The notes under the pieces were generated by a model that saw only the letters and a list, made by a program, of their open reading frames with translations, was not told the origin of the DNA and made no database searches. Of a stretch of 64,000 nucleotides of DNA, positions 25,300-39,350 are shown piece after piece. Source of the DNA: the human T2T-CHM13v2.0 reference genome, Homo sapiens; the NCBI RefSeq assembly GCF_009914755.1, contig NC_060937.1; one strand, written 5' to 3'. The translations under genes and the position numbers were made by a program. How positions within the stretch are numbered: the stretch's first letter is position 1; each line of letters opens with the position of its first letter.

Positions 25300-26480
25300 C
25301 TATTTCTTTCTCTTTTTTGGTTGAAAAGTTCAGAATCTATCCTGAAGTAGCTTCCAAAGAAAGAGAGCTAAATCTTCCAAAGAAAGAGAGCTAAAGATAA
25401 ATGAAAATATTTATCTTCTAATTTCAAATTTGATGGAGAGATTAGCTGGATATGTAATTGTAGATTAAAATGATTATTTCTCAAACCTTCAAAGATAGTG
25501 CTCTATTAATTTCTAGCATCCAATTATACAGATGTGCAGTTGATGCTGTAGCGGAGGAAATACATCTTTTTCTTCCTCCCGTTTTAGGTTCATTGGCTGG
25601 GGGTCCCTAACAGAAGACATGAACAAGAAAACAGATTAACAAGAAAAGCATAGAAATTTATTTCCATAGAAGTTTACATTACATGGGAACCTTTGAAAAG
25701 AAATGAAGACCTAAAGAATCAGTTAAACTTGGGTGTATTTTATAATAGATTTACTGAAGAATGGAGAGTGGGTGCAAAACTTGATAGGGCAAGAGAGTAT
25801 AATGCAATGGAAATAAATGAGGAAATTTAGCAAGGCCTGTTTGTCCAGACTCTTCTTGGCATCTCTGTGTCTTTGGAGACAAGGCTGCTTCTTTCCTCCA
25901 GATATAAGGAGGGGACCTCACACATGAAGGTCTTCTGATCTGCTTAAGGGGAAAGTCAGAAAATCCTTTTTGGCTTTATGAATTACTTTATGTGACATGG
26001 GTAGGGGAAGATAAGAGTGACCTTTGTTCTGCAGTTTGCTTAATTCCTCAGTCTAAATTCTTCAACATGCCAAGGTGCCATATTTTGGCACAGTGTGTCA
26101 CCATATTTTGGGGTACTGTGTCCTGAACCCCATCAAGATTAATCTGGTGTTTGTTGCTTTATTTATATTTGTTTCTTTTTAGGAGCTTTTAGAGTATCCT
26201 TGGTGTTCTGAGGACTTCACATTGGTGGTCTAGTTTTTGTTTTGTTTTGCACATTGTGCTGGACATTGATCTTTCTGTTGAAGAAAATTGTCTTTGATTA
26301 TATCTTTGATGGTGCTACTAGTTGAATGTTGGCCCACATATTGATTCTATATATGCTTTATCTCTTATCTGATATCTTTCCCTTTCTGCCGTTTTAATCT
26401 GGTTCCTGAAAGACTTCCTTGCTCTTCGTTGTCAAGCTTGTATTCAAATTCTAGTTTCTGTAATTTTATTGCATTTCTAA
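25300..26480 (-). mobile_element. Degraded antisense L1 ORF1/HAL1, interrupted by an ERV1 LTR
   Basis: ttagctggatatgtaattgtagattaaaatgattatttctc...ctctattaatttctagcatcc before the LTR and T-rich L1-like sequence after it. Confidence 0.5.
25547..26135 (-). mobile_element. ERV1 solo LTR, MER31-like (MER34/39 group)
   Basis: The reverse complement begins tgatggggttcaggacac.gtaccccaaaatatgg..caccttggcat. Internal cagattaacaagaaaagca and catgaaggtctt motifs. TG...CA termini. Confidence 0.75.
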
Positions 26481-29479
26481 AATGTCTTCACTTAAAGCCA
26501 CCAGTATGACTAAATAATAATCAAAAATGGATCTAGTTCAATGTTATGATTAGAGTTTAATAAAACATATTTACTATAGCATAAGAAAATTACTCAAACT
26601 AAAATAAGGTATAAGTAAAATGACCATCAATCACACTGATTACCTTTTAATTGAATATTACTAAATAGCAATATATCAACAAATTAAAAATAAAGTCACA
26701 ATAGTTTAGCCTTATAGTTAGAATCTCTATGCAGAAAATACATTGGGAATATATTTCTACTCTCATATTTATTTTTCTCATCTAAGAAATGAAAAGTGAA
26801 TCTTGCATAGCTCATAACTTAAGGAAAATTTGTTTATATTTATAAGAAATTAGAGATGAAAAACATGTCTTCATCTTTCACTTGAACCACATTGTTGTAC
26901 AGTTACCCAACATAAAACTTGGCAAAATCTCATATTTACCTAACCAATAACACAGTTTGGATGTTGAACTAGCACTAAGAAAAGGCTTTACAATTCTAAT
27001 AACTTTGAAGCTAAAATTTCGAGGCCTCATTATGTAGTTATGTGTATTCAACAATAAGAAACCCACCTAAATCTACCTTTCATTGTTTACTTTGTACCTG
27101 TTTACAAACGTGCTCTTTCTAAAGATTTTTAAGAATGTGAATCAGAGAAACAAAAGGACTTTGAATAGATTATGATTGAAGCCAGGTGTCCAAAAGAAGA
27201 CACTGGTTTTTTTAAATTATATTCAGTGCAAAGATAGATAATGTGATTCTTATTTGCAGTAGTTCATCTTGGCCTTTAATCATTTGTTTATCCACGAGAC
27301 TATTGATTGCTGCTTTAGCCAGAAGAACAGTAATGACACAGGGGTAAGAAGAGAAGCAGTGTAATTCTGTGCTGTTAGCTGTTCCAAGCGATGAAACTAT
27401 AATTCACAAAGTGATAGATAACAGAAGGTAATTTTATGGTTACTAAGAATGAGGTTGCATTTGTTTGTGTAGTTACTATACAAATTTATAGATGCATTTT
27501 GTTTATATCGCATTTAAAATTTTAGTGGCTGAGCAGGAAGACGATTGAAGTAGTAAGAGGAGTATGTTCACGAACTCCTTCTTTAGCAGCCACTTGTAAA
27601 GGTGGACTGTAATTCAACATGAAATAGGTTCAGAATGTTCCCACAAACTCATTATAAATCAAGCTGCTTCGAAGGTATGGTGTTATTAAGTTTGTTTTTT
27701 GATTTTCTCTTGCCCTTCCTCCATCATCTTATCTACAGAAAGAGTTTAAAGGCAGGAAAAGTAATTCAGCAAGGACCTACTTTTAGTAGCTGAAATAAAC
27801 AAAGTGTTGTTAGTACATTTCACTAAGCCATAAATGTAGTTCCAAGAATCAGGGATATTTTTTTTTCCATGTCATTGACTGACTTTGTCTTCTGCTATCT
27901 GGCCAACGTTTGATAATGAAGCAGTTAATTTATGCACACAAAATTGTGTATTTTATGTATTTTGAAAGCTGTAGATGACTGTTACAGGAGTCCAATTATA
28001 ATGATGAATCTCAACTGATTCCAATAATAGCACAGTAAACCCAGCTGAAACATGTCATAGGTTATAAAGGTTTACTTTTTTGTCCTTGTATAGAGCTAGA
28101 AAATCATCTTTAATATATACCTTTTTTAATATCTAGGGAAACTTTGGTCTTATTTACAACAAGAAGTAGGATTAAACCTGGCAAGCACAGTTCCAAGTCT
28201 GCACTGAGAGACTTGCTGTCTTACTGGTAGGTCCTTTCCAGTCTGTGAATTGTTTAGGTTAGCCTTATGTATCACAGTGGCTGGCACCCAGTTGATTTTT
28301 AACATTATGTATATTGAATAGGACTGGACTAAACTTTAAGAAGCCTGTTTCATGTAATGTATTGCTTCCTTAGTTCTTACTAATTCCCAATGCACATTCT
28401 CACCTAGTGAACAAACCATTTTCTCCTTCTGAGGTTTTACACCAGCACTAATCATTCTAGGATTTGGTTTCCCCTAGATCTCCCAACCCCTTTCCAGCAC
28501 TTGCCATAAAATAGGCTCTAGGTCATTATTAACTAAACAAAAATAAATGCAAAATAATCTGTAGCCATGAAGTATCAGAAGTCTAAGAAATCAGAGTATT
28601 GGAGAATTATGAAACATAAAAGCTGTCTTCACTTGAAGCATTAAATTCTAATTATTACCCATCTAACTCAGTATTTAAACACTCTGTAAATCTAAAAAGA
28701 TTCCCAACTCCCAATCTAAAAAGATTCCCTTTGAAAGATCAAATGGGAAGATGACTCCTCATAAAGATCTGAAGAATAAAAGTGATACATAAATGTAAAT
28801 ATTATTTAGAAAATTGTTGTGGGTTAATAAAATTACACTAATTAAATATGTATTTATTGAGTGACTATTATGGCCTTAGCCTGTACTATATTCAATAGGC
28901 CATTTTTTAAAAGTGAGGTCACATTTTATGTTTCTAGAGGCTTTTAATGTAGCTATAAGGGAACAATCTGATGATGCAATTAGAACTCAATGATAGATTA
29001 AACAATGATCTAGCCAAATGAGACTAATCACTCTTCTCCAAATATCTCCCATATTTTTCTAGCTCTTCATATTTACTTATTATATTGCCCATGCCTAGAT
29101 AAGCAATATCATAAGTAATATGATAAAATATTATCATATTATATACCCCTTTCTGCACATTCCAAGGTCTGTTCTTCCTCCCAGTTCATGTTACTCTCTG
29201 AAGCCATTCCTAGTTGCACCAGTAAGAATCATGGTGTCCTTTCTCCATGATAGCACCACTCTGTGACCTGTAGGCTGCATTTAGCATTATCTCCTTTGCA
29301 TCACAGATTTGTACATTGACTCTTCATGTCTAGATTGAAACTCCTTAAGGACCAAGACTTAGGTGTTTGGAAATGCTAAGCACATGTAATACAAAAGAAA
29401 GGGATAATATTTTTGTCCTTCTCCCTTTCTTCTTTCCTTTACCCCTGCAGTGTTTTAAATTTACTAGCTGTTTTAAACT

Positions 29480-30930
29480 AATTGCCATTGAATGATATAA
29501 TAAGTCATACTAATATTAGGTATGATAGAAATTTGGGAATTCATATGGAAGAACAAGATGGGGTTTGTGAGAATTGAAGATCATTTCATAGAGAAGGTGC
29601 AAATTCAGCTGGAACTTAAGGAAGAGTAGAGGGCGTATAGAGATGACTTGAAGAATAATTAACAGAATTTGTAAATAAAAGCAGGAGGGCATTTGTGCAG
29701 AAGACTATGAGGCCAGCATTTTGGTAAGTCATGGGAAATACGGGTGGAGAGGTGAGATAAGATAGATGTTGGAAGATCTGGAACATCTGTTCTCATGCTG
29801 GTTGGGCACAGAACTTTGAACTGGGAGGTGATAGGAAGATACTAAAATCTCATGATCAGAGGAAAAATAGAATTTTAGGAAGCTTAATTTTAGGAAATCT
29901 GAATTTTAGGAAGCTTAATCTGGTAGCAGAGTACAGAATAGAATAGAAAAAGAATAGTTTGGATGAGACCAGATAAAAGTGTGCTATAGTAATTCAGAAT
30001 AAAATCGTGAGTTTCTAAGTTACAGTTAAAGTCACATAAATAGAACATTCAAGAGAAAAGTGTGAAACATATGCAATAAATGAAATATGCGATAAACATA
30101 TGAGACTGGCTGACTGAATAAAGGGCAATGATTTCATATTTCAAATTTATTATTATTACTATGCAAACATTTTTACAGAACTGACATAGTTTTGTAAAAT
30201 TCTAATACAGTGAAGACTTTCTGCATCCTTTCCTACAGGTCTTTGTGATTTTGATTACCCTGAAATGAACCACCTACTTTTGGAAACTTCATTCATCTTC
30301 AAAACCACCTCAAGTATCTCTTCTCCATGAAGCTTTTCATAATAACTTCAGGTGGAGGCAGTCAAATGTGCTCATTTGTCTATTATGCATATCACATTCT
30401 TCCTCATATTAAATTTACTTATTTGCATAATTGGTTCTTTTATGACAATAAAGTTCTTGACAGTCACCTTGAATTATTCCTCGCTAAGTAGCTAGCACAA
30501 AGTAGGTGTGCAATAGTTGGATCAAAAAGATACAAAGAATAAACCATGACTGAAGGACGTCTAACCTGAGAGACTGAGAATTCTAAGGTTTGGAATATTC
30601 ACTGAAATAAATAAAATAATAACAAGAAATACTAGTAATTTGGAGTCTGAGTGAAATTTTGGAAATAGAGCAGTATTATGGGGTTACCTGCAGAGAGTGA
30701 ATCATTGAAATTGATAATGTCTTAGTGAAGTAAGACCAAACATAAAAGAAAATAAAAGTGTGGCAAGAATTTTGGAGAGCACCCATAGCCAATGGGGAGG
30801 AAGATGAAGATAAACTGGTAAAAGACATGGGAAAAAGGGAAGTAGAGAGAGACCAGCAAAGGTCTTTGTTCTAGAACCCAGTGAAGGACCGAGCTTTAAA
30901 GAGTAGTGGCCAGCAGTCCAATGAAGAGAA
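29480..30930 (-). mobile_element. Degraded L2 fragments (mostly antisense, with a sense L2 3' end at ~30200-30520)
   Basis: gatcatttcatagagaaggtg..agctggaacttaagga, ttttaggaagcttaatctggtagcagagt, and ctagcacaaagtaggtgtgcaatag. Confidence 0.5.
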
Positions 30931-33900
30931 TTGCCCTTTATGATTTGTATGTGCAACCCTGATAAACAAACAGTACTGAACCTGACTGCAAAGACTCTGA
31001 CTTACAGCTGCTGTTAAGTTGTGTCCTTGAGAGAAAAAAAAAAAATCCAGAATACATTACGTGTTGGAGTGTTCAAGGAAGGAAACATCTACACAACAGC
31101 TGCAAATTATAGAATGTATGCTTCACAACAGTATGTCAATGAAAATAGTTCATCAAGAAAGGTTATATATAATTCCAGTTCAGTGTACACTAATTTTTTA
31201 TTCCATTTTTAATGAATTCACATTACAGAGATTCTTTTGAAGTCATAATGTGTTATTTTTAATAATTTATTTCTGAACTTTAAAAAATTAATAATATTTG
31301 CACAGGGCCATTTTATAATCACAATATGGCATTTCAAGGTGTGAATTATGATATAATAACTCATACCTTGTGCATTTAAACAAGCACTCATCCTATGGCC
31401 TCATTCTTAGCAAAGCAAAAGGTATGAATTATTATGTAATAACTCATGCTTTGTCACATATTATTACTTAATTATGGAAGAAGAGGAGAATTTCAACTAA
31501 TTTCAGGCTTGGAAAAAATTTAACATTTTATCCTTGGAAAAAAAAAAAGCTCAAATGCTTATTTGACACAATAGAACCACTTTAAGCCTTTCCCATTTGG
31601 ACCAGGTCCATTCAGACCACTCTAGACTAACTTTTTATAGCACCTTTGTCCTTCTATTTCTTCCTGAGAATCTTAGAAAGTTTCTGACAGAGAAATTGAA
31701 AATCCAATATAGTCCTCTAGTCTATATTTCACAGAATTATTCATTTGGATCTCCAAAACAAACAGCTGTATTACCTCAAAGAAGTTTCTAAAGTGTTATA
31801 AAGAAAAGTAAAATCTGACTTCCCTTTCTAGTAAAAATTAGCAAAAAAAAAAAGAAGAGGAAAGGAGGGAGGGAGGGAGGGAAAGACTAAAGTATAAATT
31901 TCTACAAACTATGATAATTTTCTGAGAGTTGTTAACTGAAACAAAAATCCCTCCAAGACAGTATAAAATATACTTTTCCATAAACCATTAGAAAATAGCA
32001 TATATATTTTTCAGAAAAGGATATAAATGTCATCTCAGGGATATATCACCAATAGTAATTATAAAATGAGTTTATCTCAAAAATCAAATGAATAAAGTTA
32101 TTTATTTAATGCCATCCTTGATAGTAGAGGTTTTTTCTGCCTTTATGAAACTTACAATATAGAAAGAAAAAAATGAAAACAGAAAAAAGACCAGATATAT
32201 TACAAATTTATTGAACTCTTGTTCAATAAAATAGCCAACATGCTGAACAAACAGTAGTATAGAGTAGAAGGGCTCTAATCTCTCAGATGTATCATTGAAG
32301 AATGATATATTGAAAACATGTGGGATTTGTGTGCTAGATGAATGAGGTGGAAACAGAAAGGATCATGTACACGTACAGAATAAACCACCATGCCACTGAC
32401 CAACAGATTGCTGACTGATTGATTGTTCTGTCTCTATTACCACTAATCTATCAATGAATTAATGTTTAACTTTGTTGCATAAGCTTCTTCAGAAGTCATT
32501 CCTTCCTCCTACATTACCTATGATCCCTCACTCTAATTTACTATTGTTAATAGCATTTTTGCATCTTAGAGTTAGGAGTTGTAGATATATCAGTGACTTA
32601 TGGCTTGGAGATCTCCTACATTCAAAACTTTATGGAACCTTCTCAATAATTGTAAGGACTTTTGGTGATACCACTATGGAAACAGCAGGGTAACTGAGGG
32701 AGAAAAACCATGCTTCAAAGCCGCATGCTTGCTTGCCTTACCTTGATGTTTTATGCGTAACATCTAAAAAATCTTTGTCTCCTAAGGGATACCTTGGCCT
32801 TTCCTACTTTAGTTCTCCGGTGATTGCTATAGAATCTGTCAGTCAGTATACCTCCACGGTATCGAGACGTGGCAAGTGTGTTCAATTACTTTTTAAGATC
32901 TCTGATGATACAGTAGTGCAGTCTTGTATCAGTCCTTGATCCTCTCCAAGCTGGTTTGAACTCAGTTCATTGTAGTCTTAAGTTTGGCATGTTTATAATG
33001 GCATGTCTAGATGGTCATGAATTATGAGAGCAGAGTAAGAACCAGATTATATGTTATTATATCAATTGTTAATTAACCAGTGATTATATCAACTGATTTA
33101 TAATTAGGGGTAGATGATTTATAATATAGTGCTTGGTTATAAACGGGACTTTAACATTAACCACTTATTTAATGCTTTATATAGGTTCCATTTTAGTTAG
33201 GCTATGTTACACGAACTAGATTTTAAATGATTTTTGGTAACACATGTATCCAAGATGAATCAGTATATATGATATATGACTGCCCAAAGTCAATGTCTCT
33301 TTTCCTTATATTATGTAATTACTTTATCTAGAATATTTACAAAATGATTCTTAAATTTTTATTTGGACAGAAATTTGAGAAACAATATAATCAATGTGAT
33401 CATTACTTAAAGTTCCACTGTTTCTGTGTTTATGAATGCCTTAAAAGTTTTAAAGAATAATTATTCACTTAATGAGAATAATAAAATAAGATGGTTTTCT
33501 TCATAGAATTAGATAAATTCCTAATTAGTTCTCTGATTTGCTGAGGTCTGGATCTTATTTAATATTGCCTGGTTCTGAATGCAATACAGTTTTATATACT
33601 TTAAAGAGCTATGACAAGGGGCTAAATACCACAGCAATAAGCAATTAAGAAAAAGAATCCTTTTAAAGAAAAACAAGGGGCAGAGCAGTGAAAGTTCACC
33701 TAAAATGGCAAGCGCTGCAGAGAAAGCAGATTACTAAAATCATATTAAAGTATTATTATGTATCATATAATATTTATTATTGTCATATGCTTCTACCCCC
33801 TTAGTTTAGTAAGATACATCACAAAGGTCCCTACTAAGTCTTCTTCAATTCACATACAAGATTAAACTCATGACTCGACCCACACTCCATAGGAGAATTT

Positions 33901-34984
33901 TCTCTCTCACAGAGGATGAAAAGACATTTGCAGTGCAGAGCAAAATCATTTCAATGAATTTGGGGAGGACTATTGCCACAGAGTCCAAAACTGCTTAATC
34001 CCAGTGTCTCTCATTCCCATCTGAGAGGACTCTTTGTCTCCAAATTCCTGTATTAGAATATTCTAAATGGTAGTTTATGTGAAGTATCCACAAGTCAGCT
34101 AGCTAGCTTCAATACCGAAGGTAAGCTGAAGGAGTGACAAGTGTTTGCAACTATCTGGGTACTGCTTGAACATATAAAGAAAACAACTAGCTTGCTTTCA
34201 ATCCAAAATAAGCAAAATCATACCTCATATTCTTTTATCTAAGCTTGTCTAGTTTCTTATTTTGCACTATTTAGATGTGGGTGTCTATTTTTCTTTCTGT
34301 TTTTATTATCTAATAGTTTTAACCTAGGATTTAATGCTTCTCATAGAAGAAAATATAAATAATTCTTGCCAGAATTCCATCTTCTCTTTCCTACTCCAAA
34401 AATAAAACTTGCCAAAGAATTGAATATAAATATGACTCAATTAGCAATAGCCAACACGTTTTGAAAATTTTCTCCATAAAACTGGTGACTTTATAAGTGC
34501 ACATGCCATCTATTCTTTGAAAAAAGCTAAGTCAATTATTTTACAATACAGAAACAGATAGTCCTATTTTCTAGCTAAAACTTAGCAGGGTGGTTTGTTA
34601 TATCCTTATAAATGTCTGCCCTTTTAACATGCTGTAAGTGCATTCTAAAATGTGTGCTAGGTTCTAGTTGTTATGGGGAAGAATTAATGCATTCTATTAA
34701 ATTTAACTTTTGCTGAAACACTCTTACCTCAGCTAAAGCTCAAACCTGTAACCGGAGACTAGCTTCTAAGCAATTAAGGAATAAAATATCTGACTTTTAT
34801 AATCCATCTTTTGTTCTGGGAAATGCCTATACTTAAATCAGTATGGCGTTAGACAGGGACTTGTGACCGCTAAATATTTAATTTCATCAAAGTCCATCCA
34901 TATTCTATGTTTTGACAACCCCATTACTATATAAGTATTATTTAAACAAGCAGAAACATTTCAATTAAGTATATAAACTGGTCC

Positions 34985-35332
34985 ACTGATTATGCCCTAT
35001 CTCTGGACTCAAAAACTTACTATACTTCCCCACAACATATAGAATAAAATGCAAATATCTTAGCCTAACACATTGGTCCATTACACACACACCCCAAAAT
35101 CCGTACTCTTCATTTAGCAATCTTAGTCTTTGGCTCTTTCATACAGTCCCTCTTCCAAGTTAGCCTGCTACTGGTGCAATTTATGCAAGTACTTACTTCT
35201 TAACTCACATCATCCCTAAGATGTTAAAAAAATCTGTCCAATATGGGTATAATTTGGATTATGTTCTTATGTTTTCTCTACAGCTTAGTGTCTTGGACAT
35301 AGCAGGTGCCCAATAAATATTTATGGATTTGA
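34985..35332 (+). mobile_element. L2 3' fragment
   Basis: ctcaaaaacttactatacttcccc...agaataaaatgcaaatatcttagcct and cttagtgtcttggacatagcaggtgcccaataaatatttatgg. Confidence 0.6.
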
Positions 35333-38032
35333 AATAGGCAACAGATAGTACCTCCATAGACAAGTTACCCTGGACCTCATGCTGTATGTGGTCCCACATA
35401 TCATAAACACACATGAGAAATTAAATGTGTTTTTAAAATACATAGGTACCTCCATCATTATAGGCTAATTGACTCAGCACAACTCCATCTTATCTAATAT
35501 GGCTGGGACCCCAGAGAAATGCTTCTTTGTGTTGCTTTGCCCAATGTCTTCAAAACAAAAGACAATTGTGTTACAGCGCCCTCCCTCAGTGTTTGTAGGT
35601 TGTGCTGTAACCTGCAGAAGAAGCACTTAGATTCCTGAGATTTATATTAATTTGAACTGTTCCTCTCAGACAATAGGGATACAACCAACACTCGCATTGT
35701 AAACATTATTTCCTAGTAGTGCCCATCAGCCATTTTCTAGTTTCTTTTTGTATTAAAGTTAATGAATTTCATGAATTAGCACAGTATTTGCAATAGTTGC
35801 ACATGGCAGCTGAAAAATATTTCACCATATTAAGAAATTCATATTGCTCTTAATTTTATATATATGTAGGTCTAGATGAACTCACATAAAACGTAATAGC
35901 AATATTACACATTACCAGTTAGATGGTCATTGAACACTAGAATCACTTTATTTGCACAAAAAATTTTAAATTAATTTTTTAAAATAATAAATTGAACATT
36001 TTCAGCTGTGTTAAAAAGCTTTGGACTTACTGATATCCCTTAATAACTTGTAGTCTTATTTTTAATGTAATCAATAATTTTAAATAGCTATAATAAAAGA
36101 AATTTTAAAAAATATATAAAATGTTTCATTTTTAAATTTTGCCTTTTACTTTTATTTGTATGAAAATATATTCAAATTTTATACACTTTAGTGGTGGTTG
36201 CAGTGGAAAAATCCAAAAGGTTTTTCTTTCTGTGGGTTTTTAATATATATAGAAAAACACACATGTATAAAAATTAGCCATAACTCAGTCATTTACATTA
36301 TTTAAAATTTAAACGAAAACTGGTCGGTGTCTACTTTTAGTGTATATCCTTCCAATTTTCCCAATATATTTTGTGCTCATATAGACATATGTGTGTATAG
36401 TACGTATACATTTTTGAAGCAAAAATTGAATCATGAAATACACATTCATATGCAACATATTATATATCCAAGTTTCCAAAAGTAAAGTTTAGAGGGAGAT
36501 CTTAAACATCTCTCTTTAATCATTTTCTTCTCATTGCTATATCCTTCTGCAACTACATCAGAATATAGTGCTTTGATGCTAAATTCTATTCGGTTCCTTT
36601 TCTTTCTTTCTGCTATTGACGATAGTCTAGATTTCTTTCTGGAATTGGATTCAATTATTCATATATTTCCAAATCAGTTACTTCCCCTGATCACGCAAGT
36701 TGTTTTTTGGAAACAAACTGACATTAAAAACTGACCTACTTTTGGAGGACAATAATAAGAATCCCTAATACAATCTAAGAAATAAGAGAATAATTCCTCA
36801 ATGGTCACTGACATAGACAAGCAAATTTTCAGTCTTGAATGAAAAGGAATGGTCATTTTCTAATCTAAAACTCTGTCTTAAGTTCAGCCAATGGCTAAAC
36901 ATAGCCACCACACAGAACAGAGGAGGGAAAAATGTCTAAAGTTGTCCAAAAAAGCAAATGTCTGAAGTTGCCCCGCTGTCCCATCTTATTTGCACCATCA
37001 GAAGAGAGAATGGGAAGGGTCTGTGGACAAATATTCCCAAAAGGAGGATTTCACCCTCAACTCCCTCCTGGATTTAATCAACTGCATATGTTGTTTATTG
37101 CTGCAGCCCCATGAACATTACCACTTAATAAAATTGTTTCACTCTTTGGTTGTCATAAATGCCACATCTATTTAAAGCCATGTTTTATTTAGTTAAAGTT
37201 TGCTTTATCATCCGCAGAAAGGATTATTAAATTGAACAGGTGACGATTTTAGCTAAAGTTAAAATCAATAATATTTAGCTGGGCCTTAGGTGCTAAATTC
37301 TAAAATTCCATGTTTTTCACTTTGCCACAGCTCTATATCTAAGCATCGCTGACGGTTCTTGCTCCGTGTTCACCTGTGATTTATGGCTGTTCTAGTAGGT
37401 GGGACAAAAGCTTCAAGGCCTCTTGCAGTGTTTAAGCTTCTAATAATCAGAGGAGTTTTCTTTTCTTACTCTTTGAACTGAGACTGCTGTTCTCAGTTTT
37501 AGAAACTCATTAAAAAATGGAATTTTAAAAAGTTCAGGGCTTAATCTGTTTTCTAAAATAGTTAATATCTGACTTTTAGAAAGAATGTAATTCTATAAAA
37601 CATGCCCTCAAATTTCATCTAAAACAAAATCAATTTAAGTCTTTGGATAAGGATTTTTAGCTCTTCCTTATTTCTTCATTACCCTAAGATAATGTGATGA
37701 GAAATGAAGTCTTTGAATGCCCTAGAGTGGTTCCAAACAGTAAAATTTTTCTAACAGCAAACTTCTTGTTCATGGAACTATAACTCACTCTTGAAAGCAT
37801 GGTGTTTCTATTTTCCTATTTAATTTACATAATGTAAATGGTTATAAATAACATTATCAGAATGTTTCATATCAAAGCATGAATGATTATTAATTGCCTA
37901 AACACAAAGAAAGTTTGTCATTCAATCACTATAAAAATTATTTTTCATTAGGTTGGCATGTTAGAAACTAATTATTTTAATAGGCATGGTTAAAAATTCT
38001 CCAAAAGACATCCTCCAAAATGAAATATATAT

Positions 38033-38156
38033 GTTTTTTAATTTTTGTGGCTACATAGGTGTATATAGGGCACGTGAGATACAGACATGTAATGCATAAT
38101 AATCACATCATGTAAAATGGGGTATCCATCCCCTCAAGCATTTATCCTTTGTGTTA
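38033..38156 (-). mobile_element. L1MA (1-3-like) 3' end fragment
   Basis: taatttttgtggctacataggtgtatat...aatgcataataatcacatcatg..aaatggggtatccatcccctcaagcatttatcctttgtgtt. Confidence 0.85.
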
Positions 38157-39219
38157 AACCTATCTTTAAAAAGAAATTAAAAAAAAAACACCATGAAATC
38201 TCAATTACTGCTAGCTTAACAACAACAAAAAAATCACCCAATGTCTAATTTGATTTACTAAAGTATGTACACTGCCAGAAGTCTTCCTTAGGAAATAAGG
38301 CACAAAAATTCAGTTTCAGTAGCTGTATTACAGTGTAAGTATTTATTTTTGTTGTCTAATATTGGTATACATCAATAAAAAAATAAAATAAATTTCACTT
38401 CAATTGTATTAGGACATGTTTAATAAAAACACTGATATAAAAGAAATTTGAAAAATCCTTAAGGTGATTCCTCTTTAGTGCTTTCTGTTTTTAAGTTATT
38501 TGATCCATACAATGTGAAAAGAAATGAATGAAACCACTACAAACACAATACATTAGAACTGAGAAAAATTATACTATGCAATGTATATTTTAAACGTACA
38601 CTTTTTGATCTATTTTAAAATTTTAAAAATAGAAACAAAGCACTTACTGTTAACAAAATTATACCTCTATATAATGATTTTTATTTACCCTAAACCTTCT
38701 ATGCTTTTAATCAATTGACTTGGCATTCAGAATAGAAACTTTCCTAATTATTTGTATTTATCTACATGGTAACTGACTATGTAAGCTACCTAGGCAACTC
38801 CTAAAAATAATTTCAACAGATATTTTAACTTCTCATAAAATTAAAAGTTAGTGTAAAAAATTTTGAGGCAATATACTGAGAATTTGGTCTCCCTTCAATA
38901 CACACTAACAGAAGAACAGAGACTGATTCCCTAAAATATTGAATCCAATACTGAATGAACAGGCAACACCATTTTAATTGTCATTAGTAAGGATTTATAT
39001 CTAAAATATCAGAAACACTTTAAGACTATTGACTTATACCAAGGGGTGTTTAAAAGCCTCCCTTTATTTTCAAACTTCTATTTGTAGAGAAAGGAAATAA
39101 CCTTTACTGTATAGTAGGTATAAAAGAAACCAGATGATTCATCTCTGTGAATCTGCTTGTTGAATTTGATGGATCATTCTTAAAAGCGACGTTGCTAATC
39201 TTCAGGTTTTCTTTTTTAG

Positions 39220-39350
39220 GTTATTCACAGATCAGTGGGTTTTCCAGCTAATACAGGTCTGATGCTCTTCTGTCTTCACACATGGTATTCATCATATCTT
39301 GACAAGAAAAGACCTTCAGTCTACAAATAACCTTCACTGAAGTAAGACAT
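39220..39350 (+). other. Candidate non-coding (lncRNA or UTR) internal exon
   Basis: Branch-like gctaat at ~39194, ttttcttttttAG acceptor at 39219, and donors GAA|gtaaga (39341) and CAT|gtaagt (39350). Stop codons in all three frames. Confidence 0.4.
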
